IMG/VR virus record: IMGVR_UViG_3300023174_000096
Coordinates: 32,001 to 96,000 of that record
DNA: 64,000 nt
DNA from: a virus
Direction: 5' to 3' (one strand)
The notes under the pieces were generated by a model. It searched no databases and had not been told where the DNA came from. It worked only from the letters and a program-made list of their open reading frames with translations. Position numbers and translations under genes: made by a program. Positions 20,557-31,255 of the stretch are shown here, one piece after another. Within the stretch, counting starts at the first letter, position 1. Every line of letters begins with the position of its first letter.

Positions 20557-21205
20557 TCGCGACGTAGGGGTTCTCCATGAGGTAGTAGTTCATCGGCAAC
20601 TGATAGAGGTTGCCGCCGAAGTCCAGAACAAAGTTCTGGCCCTTCACTTCCCGCACGGTCACCACGTCACCGGGGTTCAGCGTGAAACCGCTACGGTATG
20701 AGACGGGCTTCAGCATCGTCAGCAGCATCCCGGGCTTCAGCGGCTTGGCGTGTTGGACGCCCGCTTCCAGCATGACGAAGTACCGGGGGAAGTAGCTGCG
20801 GATGCTCTTCTCCAGTTGGTCGTGGCTGTCCGAAAGCCCCAGAGCGCGAGCCCACTCCGGGCGTTCGTAGAGGGGGATGCTGATCGCCACGTCCTCCTCG
20901 TACCAGTAGTAGCCGTTGGAGAACTCGGCCATCTTGGTAGCCGCAGCCGTGAGCATCTTCTGGGCTACGCCCTTCGCCACGGCCAGACCACCGTGGCCAG
21001 CCGTCCCGTACAGGCGAACTCCACGAGCCGCTTCCTTCCCGTACTGGGCAGGCCCCCAAGGGGTCCAAGGGGCAGAGCGGTCACCGTCGGGCCAACTCAA
21101 GGGGCCAGCGGCGACCTTCCCGTTGTCCAGCAGCGGGAGGAGGTGTGGGCGAAGGGCGGGCGTCTCATGTGCGAGACGAATCAGCTTGGTGCGAAGGGTG
21201 GTCAC
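20549..21205 (-). CDS. Leader-bearing protein with DUF7007-like domain and SH3-like tail
   Basis: Leader MTTLRTKLIRLAHETPALRPHLLPLL..KVA|A; TPWG..Q...TAGHGG...WYEED; AGGAG RBS. Confidence 0.75.
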   Translation of the reverse strand: MTTLRTKLIRLAHETPALRPHLLPLLDNGKVAAGPLSWPDGDRSAPWTPWGPAQYGKEAARGVRLYGTAGHGGLAVAKGVAQKMLTAAATKMAEFSNGYYWYEEDVAISIPLYERPEWARALGLSDSHDQLEKSIRSYFPRYFVMLEAGVQHAKPLKPGMLLTMLKPVSYRSGFTLNPGDVVTVREVKGQNFVLDFGGNLYQLPMNYYLMENPYVAIK

Positions 21206-21248
21206 GGTGAGGTCTCCTGCTTCTTGCTTTTGATAGACCCGTTAGCGA

Positions 21249-24200
21249 TCACGGGTTGATCTCGATTCCAACGAGGCCCCGAAGGGTGTCCGTCGCCGCC
21301 GTTTCGCCGCCTCCCACGAAGTTCAGTGCCTTGCCTACCCCGCCCGCATCGTTCTTGATGATGACCTTCACCAGCACCGGGCACTTGCCCTCGCCGTTGA
21401 TGAACAGCGCGGCAGGCGAGAGATTCACCGTCACGTCCGTGTAGCGAATCTGGGACACGGTGTCCGTCGCCACGGTGGAGGTCACAAGGCACCCCGCGCC
21501 GTCGAGGGCGATGTCCTGCTTCGACGGACCCGTGCCGTCTGCCCGCCCCGCGTCCATCCACGTCGTCAGCCCCGGCACCTTCACCATCACGGCCATGCCC
21601 GTAGCACCCGGCGCGGTGAGCGCGGTGTACTGGAAGTCCGTGAGCTCCACGCCCCACAGGCGGAAGGTCACCGTGGATAGGCCCGCGTTGGCCGCGTCCG
21701 CGTCGAACGCGCGGATGTATACCCGGTCGCCCGTGAGCCCCGAGTAGTCTGGCCCTACTGGGACATAGACCGAGGTGTAGTTCGTCTGCGGGTAGATGAG
21801 CACCCCCCGCGACGGGAACGGAGAAGTCAGACCTTCCGTGTAGTCAGGGTTGCGTGCGGGGAGCCCCGCCACCTGTAGGGCGTTTCCGAGATTTCCTGCC
21901 GCGTTGACCAACACCGACTTGTGGAGGTTCTGGAAGAACCACCCGGGGTAGTTGGGGTCGCCGTTCACCGGGCGCACGGGCACAGCGATGGGTGCGGGTC
22001 CGAAGGGAAGCCCCGGCCCTTGGAGTTGGGTTGCGTCGGCGGGAAAAGTGAAGTTGAGCGGGGTCCAGTTCTCTGGGTAGCGGTAGACCTCGTCCAAGAA
22101 CCGCTCCGATACGTCCTTGGGGGCATTGAGCGTGGCCCGAGTTACGTCGTCGGGATTGCCATACGGCACCAGCGCCGCCGTGTTGTCCTCCCGCATTGAG
22201 TGGAACAACACCGCATCGCCCGTGGTATTGGCGAGGGTGAAGCCCCGTGCAGGGCCACCCGTTCCGCCCGCGTAGGGGAGGGGGTAGCCCGTGACGCCGT
22301 CCACGTTCAGCAGCCGACGCACGAACAGCCGCGCCTTGGCGTCCGTGGTGAATGCCGGGGTGACCGCATCTCCCGAGAACCGGATGGAGTTCAGCACGTT
22401 CCCCGACGCCGTGAAGTTGTAGATCAGATGGTCTGTGGGCACAGGTGCGAAGGCGTCCGCCGAGGCAAGCGCCACGTCCGCGTAGCCAAACTCGATCCGC
22501 TGGCGACGGTACTCCCCGAGCCCGTTGAAGAACACCGTGAGCGCCGAAGAGATCCCTCCCACGGCAGGGTTCTCTGTGCCCTCGTAGCTGAACGAGGAGA
22601 GGGACAGGAAGGCCAAATTCTGATTGAGCGCGTACTTCCGAGAGTCGCCCGAGAGCGTGCCTCCCGTGGGAATCACGTCGTGCGAGCGGTAGCTGTCCGC
22701 GAAGACGTTGATCACCTCAAGGTCGAGCACGTTGATCCCGAAGGCCGGGTCGTTCGCCGTCGTGCGGTCGATGGGGACGTAGTATTCGACCCCCGAGTAG
22801 AAGGTCGTGTCGCCGTTGGTGACGTAGGTCACGTCCAAGGTGACGCTGGTGGGGGTGACCGTGCCGCTGTTGTCCTCGACGATTTCCGCGCGGTTCACGG
22901 GGTTCGCCACCGACGCTTCCGGTGACGTGGAGGCCGTGATCAAGTTCTCAAGGATGTCGTAGGGGAAGGCAGAGCCCGTCCATTGCACGAGGTTCACCGA
23001 GTACAACTGGTCGCTCGTCGGCACCACGCCATCCCGCACATACGCCTCGAAGTACGCTTCCTTCTTGAAGTGAACGAGGGCGTAGCTGTCGTCGGTGCGA
23101 GTGATTGCCGCCCCCGTCGCCAGCACGAAGCGGTGACGGTAGCGGGCGATCTGGAAGGCCCAGAAGTCCGCCGTGAAGTCGTCGTAGTCCCCAGCGGGGT
23201 CGAGCGTGACCACGCTGGCCGGGGCGATGGGCGTCGTGAACCGCCCCTTCTCAGCCGTGGGCGTGTAGATCAAGCCCGTCGTTGCCGAGTAGTCCTTGAG
23301 GTAGGGGAGGCGGTACGCGAAGAAGTTGCTCGCTGTGCCACCGCCAACATTGAACGAGAAACCCGGCAGCGGGACCACTGACCCAATCGCGTTCGCCGTC
23401 GCGCCGAAGATGGGCAGACCACCCGGTGCCGTCCCGGGAGAGAAACCCACCGCTGCGGGGTCCGTGAGCAGTCGCACCTGCCCCGCTGCGGGGTTGAAGA
23501 AGGGGTCTTCACCACCAATGCTGACCGTGGCCCCGAGGTGGATCTCGTCGAGGTTGTACTGCCCCGCCGCGCGACCCGGGAAGTTGTACGGGCTGATGAT
23601 CGCGTCCACCCCGCCCGCGCCGTTGACCAGCGTGTACGCACCGGGCGGGGCGGTGTCCGACAGGGAGATCGAGTTGCCCACGGTCCCCGTCGCAACGGGA
23701 ATGATCTTCACGGTGCCGCCACCTGTGGGGATGGCCACGAGGAGGGTCGGGAAGTACAGGTTGTTGAGGGCGACCGCGAGGCTCTCCGACGTGAAGACGT
23801 TCGATCCGAGAACTTGGAACTCGTAGGGGGTCGTCGGCGCGGCGACGGTCGCCGTGAAGGTCACGAGCCCGGGCGGTCCACCGGGAAGCCCCGTCAGATC
23901 GAGGGTGATGGTATACGGCGGAGCGGGGTTGGTGTTGTTCGTGATCAACGCCGAAGCGCGGGTGCCCCCCGAGGCTTCGACGAAGACCCCACCGGGCTCG
24001 CCGTCGCACCCGTTGTCGAGCACCCCCTTGCCGAGCAGAAGCGCCGCCACACAGCGGGCCTGAATGTCCGCGACGGACGCAGCGGGTCCGAAGTCAGGTT
24101 CGGTACCCGTGGGCCACTTCACCAGCGCGAGCACCCCACGGTCGGCGGGGGATACGATGCCCGACACCACCGCGTGAGGGTCCGCGATGGAGGTGAAAAT

Positions 24201-24776
24201 CCGCCACGTCGGATAACCAGTGCCCACCCCTCCCATCGACAGGGTGGCGAAGCCAGCGTGGACCTTGCCCTCACCGCCGCCCGAGTACAGACCGTTCACC
24301 ACGTTGAACGTCGGGTCCGTCGCGGGCTCGACGCCCGTGCCCGTCACTCCCGAGCCAGAAGCCGTGATGGGTGCCCTGTAGTAGTAGGGATACACGGCGC
24401 GGGCGTCTGCTGCCACGTTGCCCGTGAAAGGCAGGATGCCGTCCCAGAGCTTGAGGATGCCCCAATCGGGCACACCCGTGTTGGAGCTCCCAAGCCATGC
24501 CACGCCTTCACTGCCCACACCGCCCATTGGAGGAGGAATGAGCGCCGCGAGGTCATCGAGGGACACCTGTACGTTCACCCCCGAGTACCGCTCGTACAGG
24601 TTGAGCGTCGAGATCGCCGTCGCGGGGTGTGCGCCCGTGGGGTTCTCGACGTGCGCGTCGAGAGAGCTCGACGGAGCGCCAACGTCACCGGGAGTGAGAG
24701 ACGAGGGGCTGACCGAGCCGGGGGGCGCGAGCCCACCGCCCGTGAGAATTCCCAAGGGGTCGTCAATGCGCGGCAT
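21249..24776 (-). CDS. Virion structural protein (1175 aa)
   Basis: G/T/P-rich; AH...AHPATAI N-terminal motif; lies in the tail operon. Confidence 0.75.
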   Translation of the reverse strand: MPRIDDPLGILTGGGLAPPGSVSPSSLTPGDVGAPSSSLDAHVENPTGAHPATAISTLNLYERYSGVNVQVSLDDLAALIPPPMGGVGSEGVAWLGSSNTGVPDWGILKLWDGILPFTGNVAADARAVYPYYYRAPITASGSGVTGTGVEPATDPTFNVVNGLYSGGGEGKVHAGFATLSMGGVGTGYPTWRIFTSIADPHAVVSGIVSPADRGVLALVKWPTGTEPDFGPAASVADIQARCVAALLLGKGVLDNGCDGEPGGVFVEASGGTRASALITNNTNPAPPYTITLDLTGLPGGPPGLVTFTATVAAPTTPYEFQVLGSNVFTSESLAVALNNLYFPTLLVAIPTGGGTVKIIPVATGTVGNSISLSDTAPPGAYTLVNGAGGVDAIISPYNFPGRAAGQYNLDEIHLGATVSIGGEDPFFNPAAGQVRLLTDPAAVGFSPGTAPGGLPIFGATANAIGSVVPLPGFSFNVGGGTASNFFAYRLPYLKDYSATTGLIYTPTAEKGRFTTPIAPASVVTLDPAGDYDDFTADFWAFQIARYRHRFVLATGAAITRTDDSYALVHFKKEAYFEAYVRDGVVPTSDQLYSVNLVQWTGSAFPYDILENLITASTSPEASVANPVNRAEIVEDNSGTVTPTSVTLDVTYVTNGDTTFYSGVEYYVPIDRTTANDPAFGINVLDLEVINVFADSYRSHDVIPTGGTLSGDSRKYALNQNLAFLSLSSFSYEGTENPAVGGISSALTVFFNGLGEYRRQRIEFGYADVALASADAFAPVPTDHLIYNFTASGNVLNSIRFSGDAVTPAFTTDAKARLFVRRLLNVDGVTGYPLPYAGGTGGPARGFTLANTTGDAVLFHSMREDNTAALVPYGNPDDVTRATLNAPKDVSERFLDEVYRYPENWTPLNFTFPADATQLQGPGLPFGPAPIAVPVRPVNGDPNYPGWFFQNLHKSVLVNAAGNLGNALQVAGLPARNPDYTEGLTSPFPSRGVLIYPQTNYTSVYVPVGPDYSGLTGDRVYIRAFDADAANAGLSTVTFRLWGVELTDFQYTALTAPGATGMAVMVKVPGLTTWMDAGRADGTGPSKQDIALDGAGCLVTSTVATDTVSQIRYTDVTVNLSPAALFINGEGKCPVLVKVIIKNDAGGVGKALNFVGGGETAATDTLRGLVGIEINP

Positions 24777-24778
24777 GG

Positions 24779-27700
24779 TCAGTTCCCTGCGGAGAGGAGG
24801 AGGTTCTTGGTGCGATAGACAGCCACCACCGAGGTCGGGACACCCATAGGGTCGGCCACGATGATCTTGTTGTCCGCGTCGAGGATCGCGAAACGCGAGA
24901 ACACCACGAGGACGAGCTCGCTGGGGCGAAACAGCAAGCTGGGGACTGCGGGGTTGACCCGCGCCAGCATGGTGGTGAAGGTCTTGTGCCGCACGGCCCC
25001 GGAGAGCGGTTGGGTCATCGCCGTGGGCTTGTACCCGAGGTGGTTGACGTAGTCGTAGAAGGCACGGAACTCCGCGTCGATGGCCGTCCCCCTGCCTGCC
25101 ACGGCGTTCCCGAGGGTCATGAGGTTCGACCCGTCCATCGGGACCATCGAGTGCAGGGTGAGCGTGCCCGTCGCAGCGTTGAAGTCACTCACGGACACCG
25201 TGGCCGTCGCCGCGAAGTACCACTCCTGCGGGAACCCAATGCCCACGTTGGGGGTGGGGATGGGGTCGAGCGGCGCGGCGTAGGGGAAGGCGAGTTCTGC
25301 ACTGCCCGCACTGGTCTGACCCGTCCAGATTTGGTTGGACACGGACAGGGGTTCCAGCACCAAGCCCTCCGGGAGGAGCGTCGTGGGCACCCCGCCCGCT
25401 TGGACGCCACACGTCTGGGGCGCGGTCGTCTGGTAGTACACGTCGAGGCGGTACCCCGTGCCCGCGTCGGGGATCGGGTCTTGCGGTGTGTAGACCACCA
25501 CCACGGGGACTTGTTGACCCGCTGCGGGGTTGATGGTGACCTTCCGCTCCGAGCTCCCGAGAGATGCGGCCAGCGTCGGGAGACCGCCCACCGTGAGGCC
25601 CGTGGTGGTCTGGATGCGCCGAGGCGGATACACTAGGGTTTGACTGCGGGTGACGACGGTGTCGGTCACCAACTGGGACTTCTGCTCCAGCAGCACCTCA
25701 CGGAACGGCACCCGGAGCTTGGGCTGTGGCACCCACGTCGCGTCCATCTCCGTCGGCCTTTGTGCCGCGTCGTACTGCACAATCGCCCCGCCGTCATACG
25801 GGGCGTAACCCGTGCCCGTGTCGGGGGTGAGCGCAGCACGGGGCGTGCGAGTGAGCCCCGCGCCCGTGGGGTAGGTGATCTCAAGCTCGATGAACAGTCG
25901 CCTCCGCGAACCGTTGCCGCCGAGGACCGTGTCCACGAGCTTTGTCCCCGACCCTACCACGTTGATCACCTGTGGGTTGGCGTCGAGGGTCATGGTGACG
26001 ATGTCCGTCCCGATCCCCACGATGTTCTTGAACTGGATCGTCTGGTCTACCGGGACGGTGCTGTGACCGTCGTCGTGGTAGCTCACCAGCACGTCGGTCA
26101 CGCGCGTCCCCAAGGGCCACGTCCCGGCCACCGTGTTTACCGCCGGGGCGGCGGTCCAGTTCTGGAGGGACGAGGTACGGAGCGCGCCAAAGTCGAGAGT
26201 GACAGTGTCCCCCTCTGTCCAGCGGTTGACCGCTGCGTTCGTCACCGCGAAGCCCGGGGGGTACGGCCCCGCGTTGGGGAGAACTTCAAAGATCACGCGC
26301 TCGACCACGGGCTGCGAGCCAAACCGTCTCGCGATGTGGTCGAACGTGCGGATGCGGTCGCCAAACACGTTGGCCGAGGGGTCGGTTGAGCGGGCGATCT
26401 CGTCGCACACCATCGGGGTGGTGGACTGCCCGCCCGACCCGCTCCCAATGATCCCCATGTCCGAGGCGTCCACCTGCCAAGTGAGGTTGGTGGAGTCGAG
26501 GAGGGATTGGGTCTGGACCTTGAGCTCCGAGGCGTAGTCGTACCCCGGCGGGGTGACGTGCCGACGAAGGTCGAGGATGTCCACCGCACTGATGAGGTCG
26601 TGGAACAGACCGTCCGGGCGATCTGACTTGGTCGCCACGATGGCCACGGGACCCGCGCTGTCGAGGTGCGTGTTGTTGAAACCAAGGTGCGTCTGGGAGA
26701 TGCCCCCGTTGGCGTTCCCTGCGGGGTTGAATCCACCCGTGCCCGAAGCGTCGTTGCGGCGGAACGCGAAGCACACGGGGATCGCGTACACGAACCCGTC
26801 CGCCGTGCCCAGCGCCGTGGCCGACGCAGAACTGCCATCACCCGCGAGGTACAGACCCCCGTCCACGAACCCGTAGGCCGTCGCGTCCGAGTTGAGGTTG
26901 ATGGTGGTGTTGTCAGCAGGGACGAAGGGGTAGCCCGCGACGGGAGCGCCTGTAGCGCCCTGTGCGAGGACGCTGATGTTGCTGAACCCATCGGGCTGCG
27001 TCTTGGGGTTCACCCCGAGCGGCACGTCACCGTAGACACGGATGCGGTACTGCACCTGCACCCGTTGGGTGCTCTCCACGTTCAACGCCGGGTCTACCAA
27101 GTTGTCCGGGAGGTCCACGCCCGAGGGAGAGCTCACGTTGCCGTGTCGGTAGATCGTGTCCTGCGTGGGCTTGTTCGGGCGATTGGCACCCCCCGTGAGG
27201 TTCGGCCCCGAGAGGACGATGGAGCCCGCCACTGCTTCCACCCTCGCGAGGGTGACACCGTTGCCCGCTGCGCCACCAGCACCCGCTGTCACTTGGACGA
27301 TGCTGGAACTGTGGGCGTTCGCCACGGCGAAGTTCGGGTACAGCGCAGTGGCATTGATTGCCGCCGCGAGGTTGATCCCCGTCACGTCCGCGTTCGCGCC
27401 GATCTGGAACTGGTTCGGCCCCGGCACACCCACGACCGCTGTGAAGGTCACGGTGGGGCCAACAATCGCGCCCGTGTTGAGGGTGACGGTGTCCCCCGCA
27501 GAAATCGAGAACGGGGCGTTGGCGATCTGGACATACCCGTAGGCGCGGGGCGACGGTGCCACCTGTGCGCGCCACACCTCCAAGAACACGAAGTCCGTGC
27601 GCTTGATGTCCGGGGGCAGACCCGAGGAAGGGTCTGCCGGGGGGAGCGTGATGAGGTTCTGTCCCGCCGTCGTGGTGTTGGTGTACTCGACCACCACGGG

Positions 27701-28009
27701 CATCCCCGCCACGTTGGCCAACAACCGAGAGAGGGCGAAGGTGTCAGCAGGAAACGCAGGGCTGAATCCGTAGTCCCCAAGCGCCGAGGTGATCCCCTGC
27801 CTACGGATGAACCCCGAGGGGAGCACCGAGCCCGAGAGAAGCACCCGGTTGTACTCGCTGGCGTCCTGCGCGAGGTTGAGTTCCGCGTCGAGGATCGGAC
27901 GCCCCGCTTGGTACACCACCGTGTCCCACGAGTAGTCGGCGGGCGTGAGGTCGCGCGATACCGACGAAGGGACGGCGGGGAGATTGAGATATCGGTTGAA
28001 TAGGGGCAT
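24779..28009 (-). CDS. Baseplate/tail structural protein (1076 aa)
   Basis: VVYQAGRPILDAELNLAQD N-terminus and RTDFVFLEVW are typical of baseplate-associated proteins; late motif upstream. Confidence 0.75.
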   Translation of the reverse strand: MPLFNRYLNLPAVPSSVSRDLTPADYSWDTVVYQAGRPILDAELNLAQDASEYNRVLLSGSVLPSGFIRRQGITSALGDYGFSPAFPADTFALSRLLANVAGMPVVVEYTNTTTAGQNLITLPPADPSSGLPPDIKRTDFVFLEVWRAQVAPSPRAYGYVQIANAPFSISAGDTVTLNTGAIVGPTVTFTAVVGVPGPNQFQIGANADVTGINLAAAINATALYPNFAVANAHSSSIVQVTAGAGGAAGNGVTLARVEAVAGSIVLSGPNLTGGANRPNKPTQDTIYRHGNVSSPSGVDLPDNLVDPALNVESTQRVQVQYRIRVYGDVPLGVNPKTQPDGFSNISVLAQGATGAPVAGYPFVPADNTTINLNSDATAYGFVDGGLYLAGDGSSASATALGTADGFVYAIPVCFAFRRNDASGTGGFNPAGNANGGISQTHLGFNNTHLDSAGPVAIVATKSDRPDGLFHDLISAVDILDLRRHVTPPGYDYASELKVQTQSLLDSTNLTWQVDASDMGIIGSGSGGQSTTPMVCDEIARSTDPSANVFGDRIRTFDHIARRFGSQPVVERVIFEVLPNAGPYPPGFAVTNAAVNRWTEGDTVTLDFGALRTSSLQNWTAAPAVNTVAGTWPLGTRVTDVLVSYHDDGHSTVPVDQTIQFKNIVGIGTDIVTMTLDANPQVINVVGSGTKLVDTVLGGNGSRRRLFIELEITYPTGAGLTRTPRAALTPDTGTGYAPYDGGAIVQYDAAQRPTEMDATWVPQPKLRVPFREVLLEQKSQLVTDTVVTRSQTLVYPPRRIQTTTGLTVGGLPTLAASLGSSERKVTINPAAGQQVPVVVVYTPQDPIPDAGTGYRLDVYYQTTAPQTCGVQAGGVPTTLLPEGLVLEPLSVSNQIWTGQTSAGSAELAFPYAAPLDPIPTPNVGIGFPQEWYFAATATVSVSDFNAATGTLTLHSMVPMDGSNLMTLGNAVAGRGTAIDAEFRAFYDYVNHLGYKPTAMTQPLSGAVRHKTFTTMLARVNPAVPSLLFRPSELVLVVFSRFAILDADNKIIVADPMGVPTSVVAVYRTKNLLLSAGN

Positions 28010-28063
28010 TTCTCGTCGCCTTCGCCTAGCGGTTGGGGATAGGCTTTCTAGCCGCCCACGACC

Positions 28064-29398
28064 CTACAGCGACTTCGCCGCGAGGTCTGCCAAGGGGCTG
28101 CGGACGCCCTCACCAAGGTAGACGGACCCTGCGAGGGGGCTGTCCCGAGTCATCTTCGCGGCGTGTACCAACCCGTTGCTGAAGGCATCCAGAAACGGGT
28201 CGTCGATCTGCGAGGGGTCGCCACACAGGACCACCTTGGTCCCGTTCGCAGCGCGAGACACCACGGTCTTCACCTCGTGGGGGGTGGCGTTCTGGATCTC
28301 GTCGAAGAGCAGGAACGCCCGAGGGATCGACCGCCCACGGATCGAGTGCATGGGCTGGATCTCCACCTGTCCCGATTGGACCAGTTGCTCCCAGTTCTTC
28401 TCCTTGACGCCCCGGTGCTTGTTCTCCTTCGCGTCGGTGGTGAGCAACTGGTCGAGGTTGTCGAAGAAGCTCATCATCCACGGGTGGAGCTTGTCGCTCT
28501 CCGAGCCCGGGAGGTACCCGAGGTCACGGCCCATCGGGACCACGGGCTTCGACAGGATGATCCGGTCGTAGACGCGATCTAGCTGCTGGAGGCCCGCTTG
28601 GAGGGCCATGAGGGTCTTGCCTGTCCCCGCTGCGCCGAGCAGCACCACCAAGTGGACCTTGGGGTCGAACAAGAGGTCGAGCGCCATGCGCTGCCCGTCG
28701 TTCCGGGCGTCGAACTTCAGTCCTTTCTGGCGAGACACTGGACGTAGTGCAGTGCCCGTCCAGCGGAACAGGCGGTGCGTGCCGTCCCCCTCCAAGAACT
28801 TGATGAACTCGTTGGGCTTCACCCCGGCGAGGTTCACATTTTCGATTACATCCGGCGGGTCGGCTCCGTAGAGAGGCTGAAGGGCATCCGGGTTGGGCAA
28901 CGACCGCTCATAGACGCCAGAGGGCACCTCGTTGGGGTCCACCCGGTCTTTCCGGTAGTCCTCTGCCTTCACCCCCTTGGCAGCAGCGAGGATGCGGAGG
29001 TTCACGTCCTTGGTGACCAGCACCACGGTTTTGTTCGTGAACCGCTCTTGGAGCTTCAGCGCACTCCCGAGGATGAGCAGGTCCATCTTGCGGGAGAGAG
29101 TTGTGTTTTGCAGACTCTCAAAGTGCTCGTCCTGCCCGACGACGTAGAACACGCTCCCGGTCTTGGGGTCAGCGATCCCATCGGGGCTGTTGACATCTCC
29201 CTGTGAGACGATCCGGGCGATGCGCCGCGAGGCCACCCGCGCAGAGCTCGCCACCTCTCGGCGCTGCGACACCTTGAGGTCGTCGAGCTCCATCACCACG
29301 AAGATGGGGATGGCCACCGACGTGTCTCGGAAGGATCGCAGGGCTTCGGGGTCGTGGACGAGGACGGACGTGTCGAGGACGTACAGCTTGTTGTTCAC
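28064..29398 (-). CDS. phoH: PIN-PhoH (PhoH2/YlaK-like) ATPase
   Basis: PIN motifs YVLDTSVL...ELDDLK...LVTKDVNLRI; PhoH motifs GAAGTGKT, LGYLPG, RGRS, DEIQN, GDPSQID. Confidence 0.92.
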   Translation of the reverse strand: MNNKLYVLDTSVLVHDPEALRSFRDTSVAIPIFVVMELDDLKVSQRREVASSARVASRRIARIVSQGDVNSPDGIADPKTGSVFYVVGQDEHFESLQNTTLSRKMDLLILGSALKLQERFTNKTVVLVTKDVNLRILAAAKGVKAEDYRKDRVDPNEVPSGVYERSLPNPDALQPLYGADPPDVIENVNLAGVKPNEFIKFLEGDGTHRLFRWTGTALRPVSRQKGLKFDARNDGQRMALDLLFDPKVHLVVLLGAAGTGKTLMALQAGLQQLDRVYDRIILSKPVVPMGRDLGYLPGSESDKLHPWMMSFFDNLDQLLTTDAKENKHRGVKEKNWEQLVQSGQVEIQPMHSIRGRSIPRAFLLFDEIQNATPHEVKTVVSRAANGTKVVLCGDPSQIDDPFLDAFSNGLVHAAKMTRDSPLAGSVYLGEGVRSPLADLAAKSL

Positions 29399-30501
29399 AC
29401 GCCCTCCAAGAGGGGTGCGAGGCTAGGTAGGCCGAAAATGTGGGGGTGGGTCTTCAAGTTCCTACCGGGGGTTTCCCATCGGTCGATCACCGACGAATAG
29501 CGGGAAGAGAGTGCTTCCCACAAAGGGTCACGCATAGACAAGACCGTGACGGGCTGGCCCGTCTCCCGCACGAAGGCGTCGATCTTGGCTTGGGTTGCGA
29601 CCGTACCGTCCTCGTGCCTCCACCCCTTGAGCTCTACCCATCCGGCGGGAATCCCGTCCGGGTGATGGGCCAGTAGGTAGAAGTCGGGGGTGTAGTAGCT
29701 GCCGTCCGAGAGATGGAACAGCTTGGGCTCGTAGTTGTAAGGCACCGCAAGATGAAGGAGCACCCGGGCAAAATTCGCCTCGAACGTGGACCGACAGTAG
29801 TGCGGGATGCCCGCACGGAATCCGCAGATGCCACGCCCACCACCTTGTGGTGCGAGGGTGCCGTTACGGATGCGGGACTCAAGGCTCTTGCGACGGGTCT
29901 CTGGGTCCCTCATCCCAATCATCGCACCGTCAGAGAATCGAAGGCGAAGGGCGTCAGATAGCTTTTCTGAATGGTCGGGTCTGGAACGAATTTCTGCAAG
30001 GATGACCCGTCCTCTGCGGCCAAGAGCCGCGCGATATTCTGGAGTGAGGTTATGGGACTTCCCCTTCCCACCCCTTGAGACGGCTTCTCGATGAGCTTCC
30101 GTTAGCGGCTTCCCGCGCCATGCCCCAGCGGCCTCGACCAGACGGGCGGACTGCATCTTCCGCTCGTCCTCACTGGACCACCTTGCCTTCGCCTTCTCGG
30201 CCATCTTCTGCTTGCAAGCGTCCGAGCGAGTGCGAGCTCCCGGGGCGTCCGTGAGGGCATCGGGATAGGCGGCGAGGTAGTCATCACGGGTCATCCCGTG
30301 AGCCGAGGCCAAGTGCGGTGTCAGCATTCGTCGAGACACCCCGCACAAGAGGCAGGAGACACGGTCGGTGGCTGGACTCCCCCGCTTCTGGAGGGACGGA
30401 GCCTTCCGGCACCCGTCGCACTTCACGTTGCGTGTCGCGGGTTTGTACCCCTCAACCTCGACACCACACGCCTTGCACCGGGGCATTTTGGCAGCATCCA
30501 T
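29395..30501 (-). mobile_element. Free-standing homing endonuclease (Zn fingers + NUMOD3-like repeats + PD-(D/E)xK nuclease)
   Basis: CKAC/CDGC/CLLC..HL...H; PLTEAHREAVS and SDACKQKMAE repeats; RSTFEANFA..YEP..YTPDF...VELKG; atypical codon use. Confidence 0.75.
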
Positions 30502-30545
30502 GATATGCTGGCATATTACCCGATGGTGTGGGGCTTGTCACGAGA

Positions 30546-31211
30546 TCACGTCGTAAGACGCCAAGAGATCGTGAGAAGAGAGTTTGCGGGCTTTACCAGA
30601 ACCCCCATGACTGTGTAGTTCGCCAAGATGTCCAGCGGGGCAGCGGGGGCCGGGTTGAGGTTGATCGTCGGATCGTAGGTCGGGAATACCGCCGGGACCG
30701 GGTTGGTCACCAATGGGTTCGTGGACCCAGCCCGGATGAGCCCCATCTCGTTGAGCGGACCCACGGCCTCGCTGGCCCCGAAGGTCGCCGTGAAGTCCAC
30801 CACGTTCGTCGGGTAGCTCACCGCCGCGCCCGTAGAGCTACGGAACTGCACCGACGAGAACGGCTTACGGGCGAGCTCGCTGTTGAGCCGCCGTTGCCGG
30901 GGGTCGGGCGCGTCCGGGTTGAGCAACGGTCCCGTCGCCCCGGTGCCCACGGCGAGCATCGTCAACCCGCCTTGGTACAGGGCGGTGGGAGACGCGCCCG
31001 ACGCGAGGAGAATCGCGACGAGGATGCCACCGTCGAGCGTGACGATGTTGGACTTCTCGCGGTGGTCCAGCACCTCGCCCGTGTCGGCGTCCGTGAGCTC
31101 GATGATGTACGTCCCGCGAAGGGAAATCACTCCGTCCGTGTGGCCGAAGCTGAAGCCCGACTTGAGGGCCTCCCGGGGCGTGTTGAACTTGTCCTCGTGA
31201 CGCATACCCAC
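30546..31211 (-). CDS. Tail/baseplate protein (tail-fibre-attachment-like)
   Basis: NIVT..G...LAVGTG...ELARK...EAVGPLNEMGL pattern. Confidence 0.65.
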   Translation of the reverse strand: MGMRHEDKFNTPREALKSGFSFGHTDGVISLRGTYIIELTDADTGEVLDHREKSNIVTLDGGILVAILLASGASPTALYQGGLTMLAVGTGATGPLLNPDAPDPRQRRLNSELARKPFSSVQFRSSTGAAVSYPTNVVDFTATFGASEAVGPLNEMGLIRAGSTNPLVTNPVPAVFPTYDPTINLNPAPAAPLDILANYTVMGVLVKPANSLLTISWRLTT

Positions 31212-31255
31212 CTCTGGTTATAGGCGGGAAACCCTACCGCGAGGGGCGGGGGATG

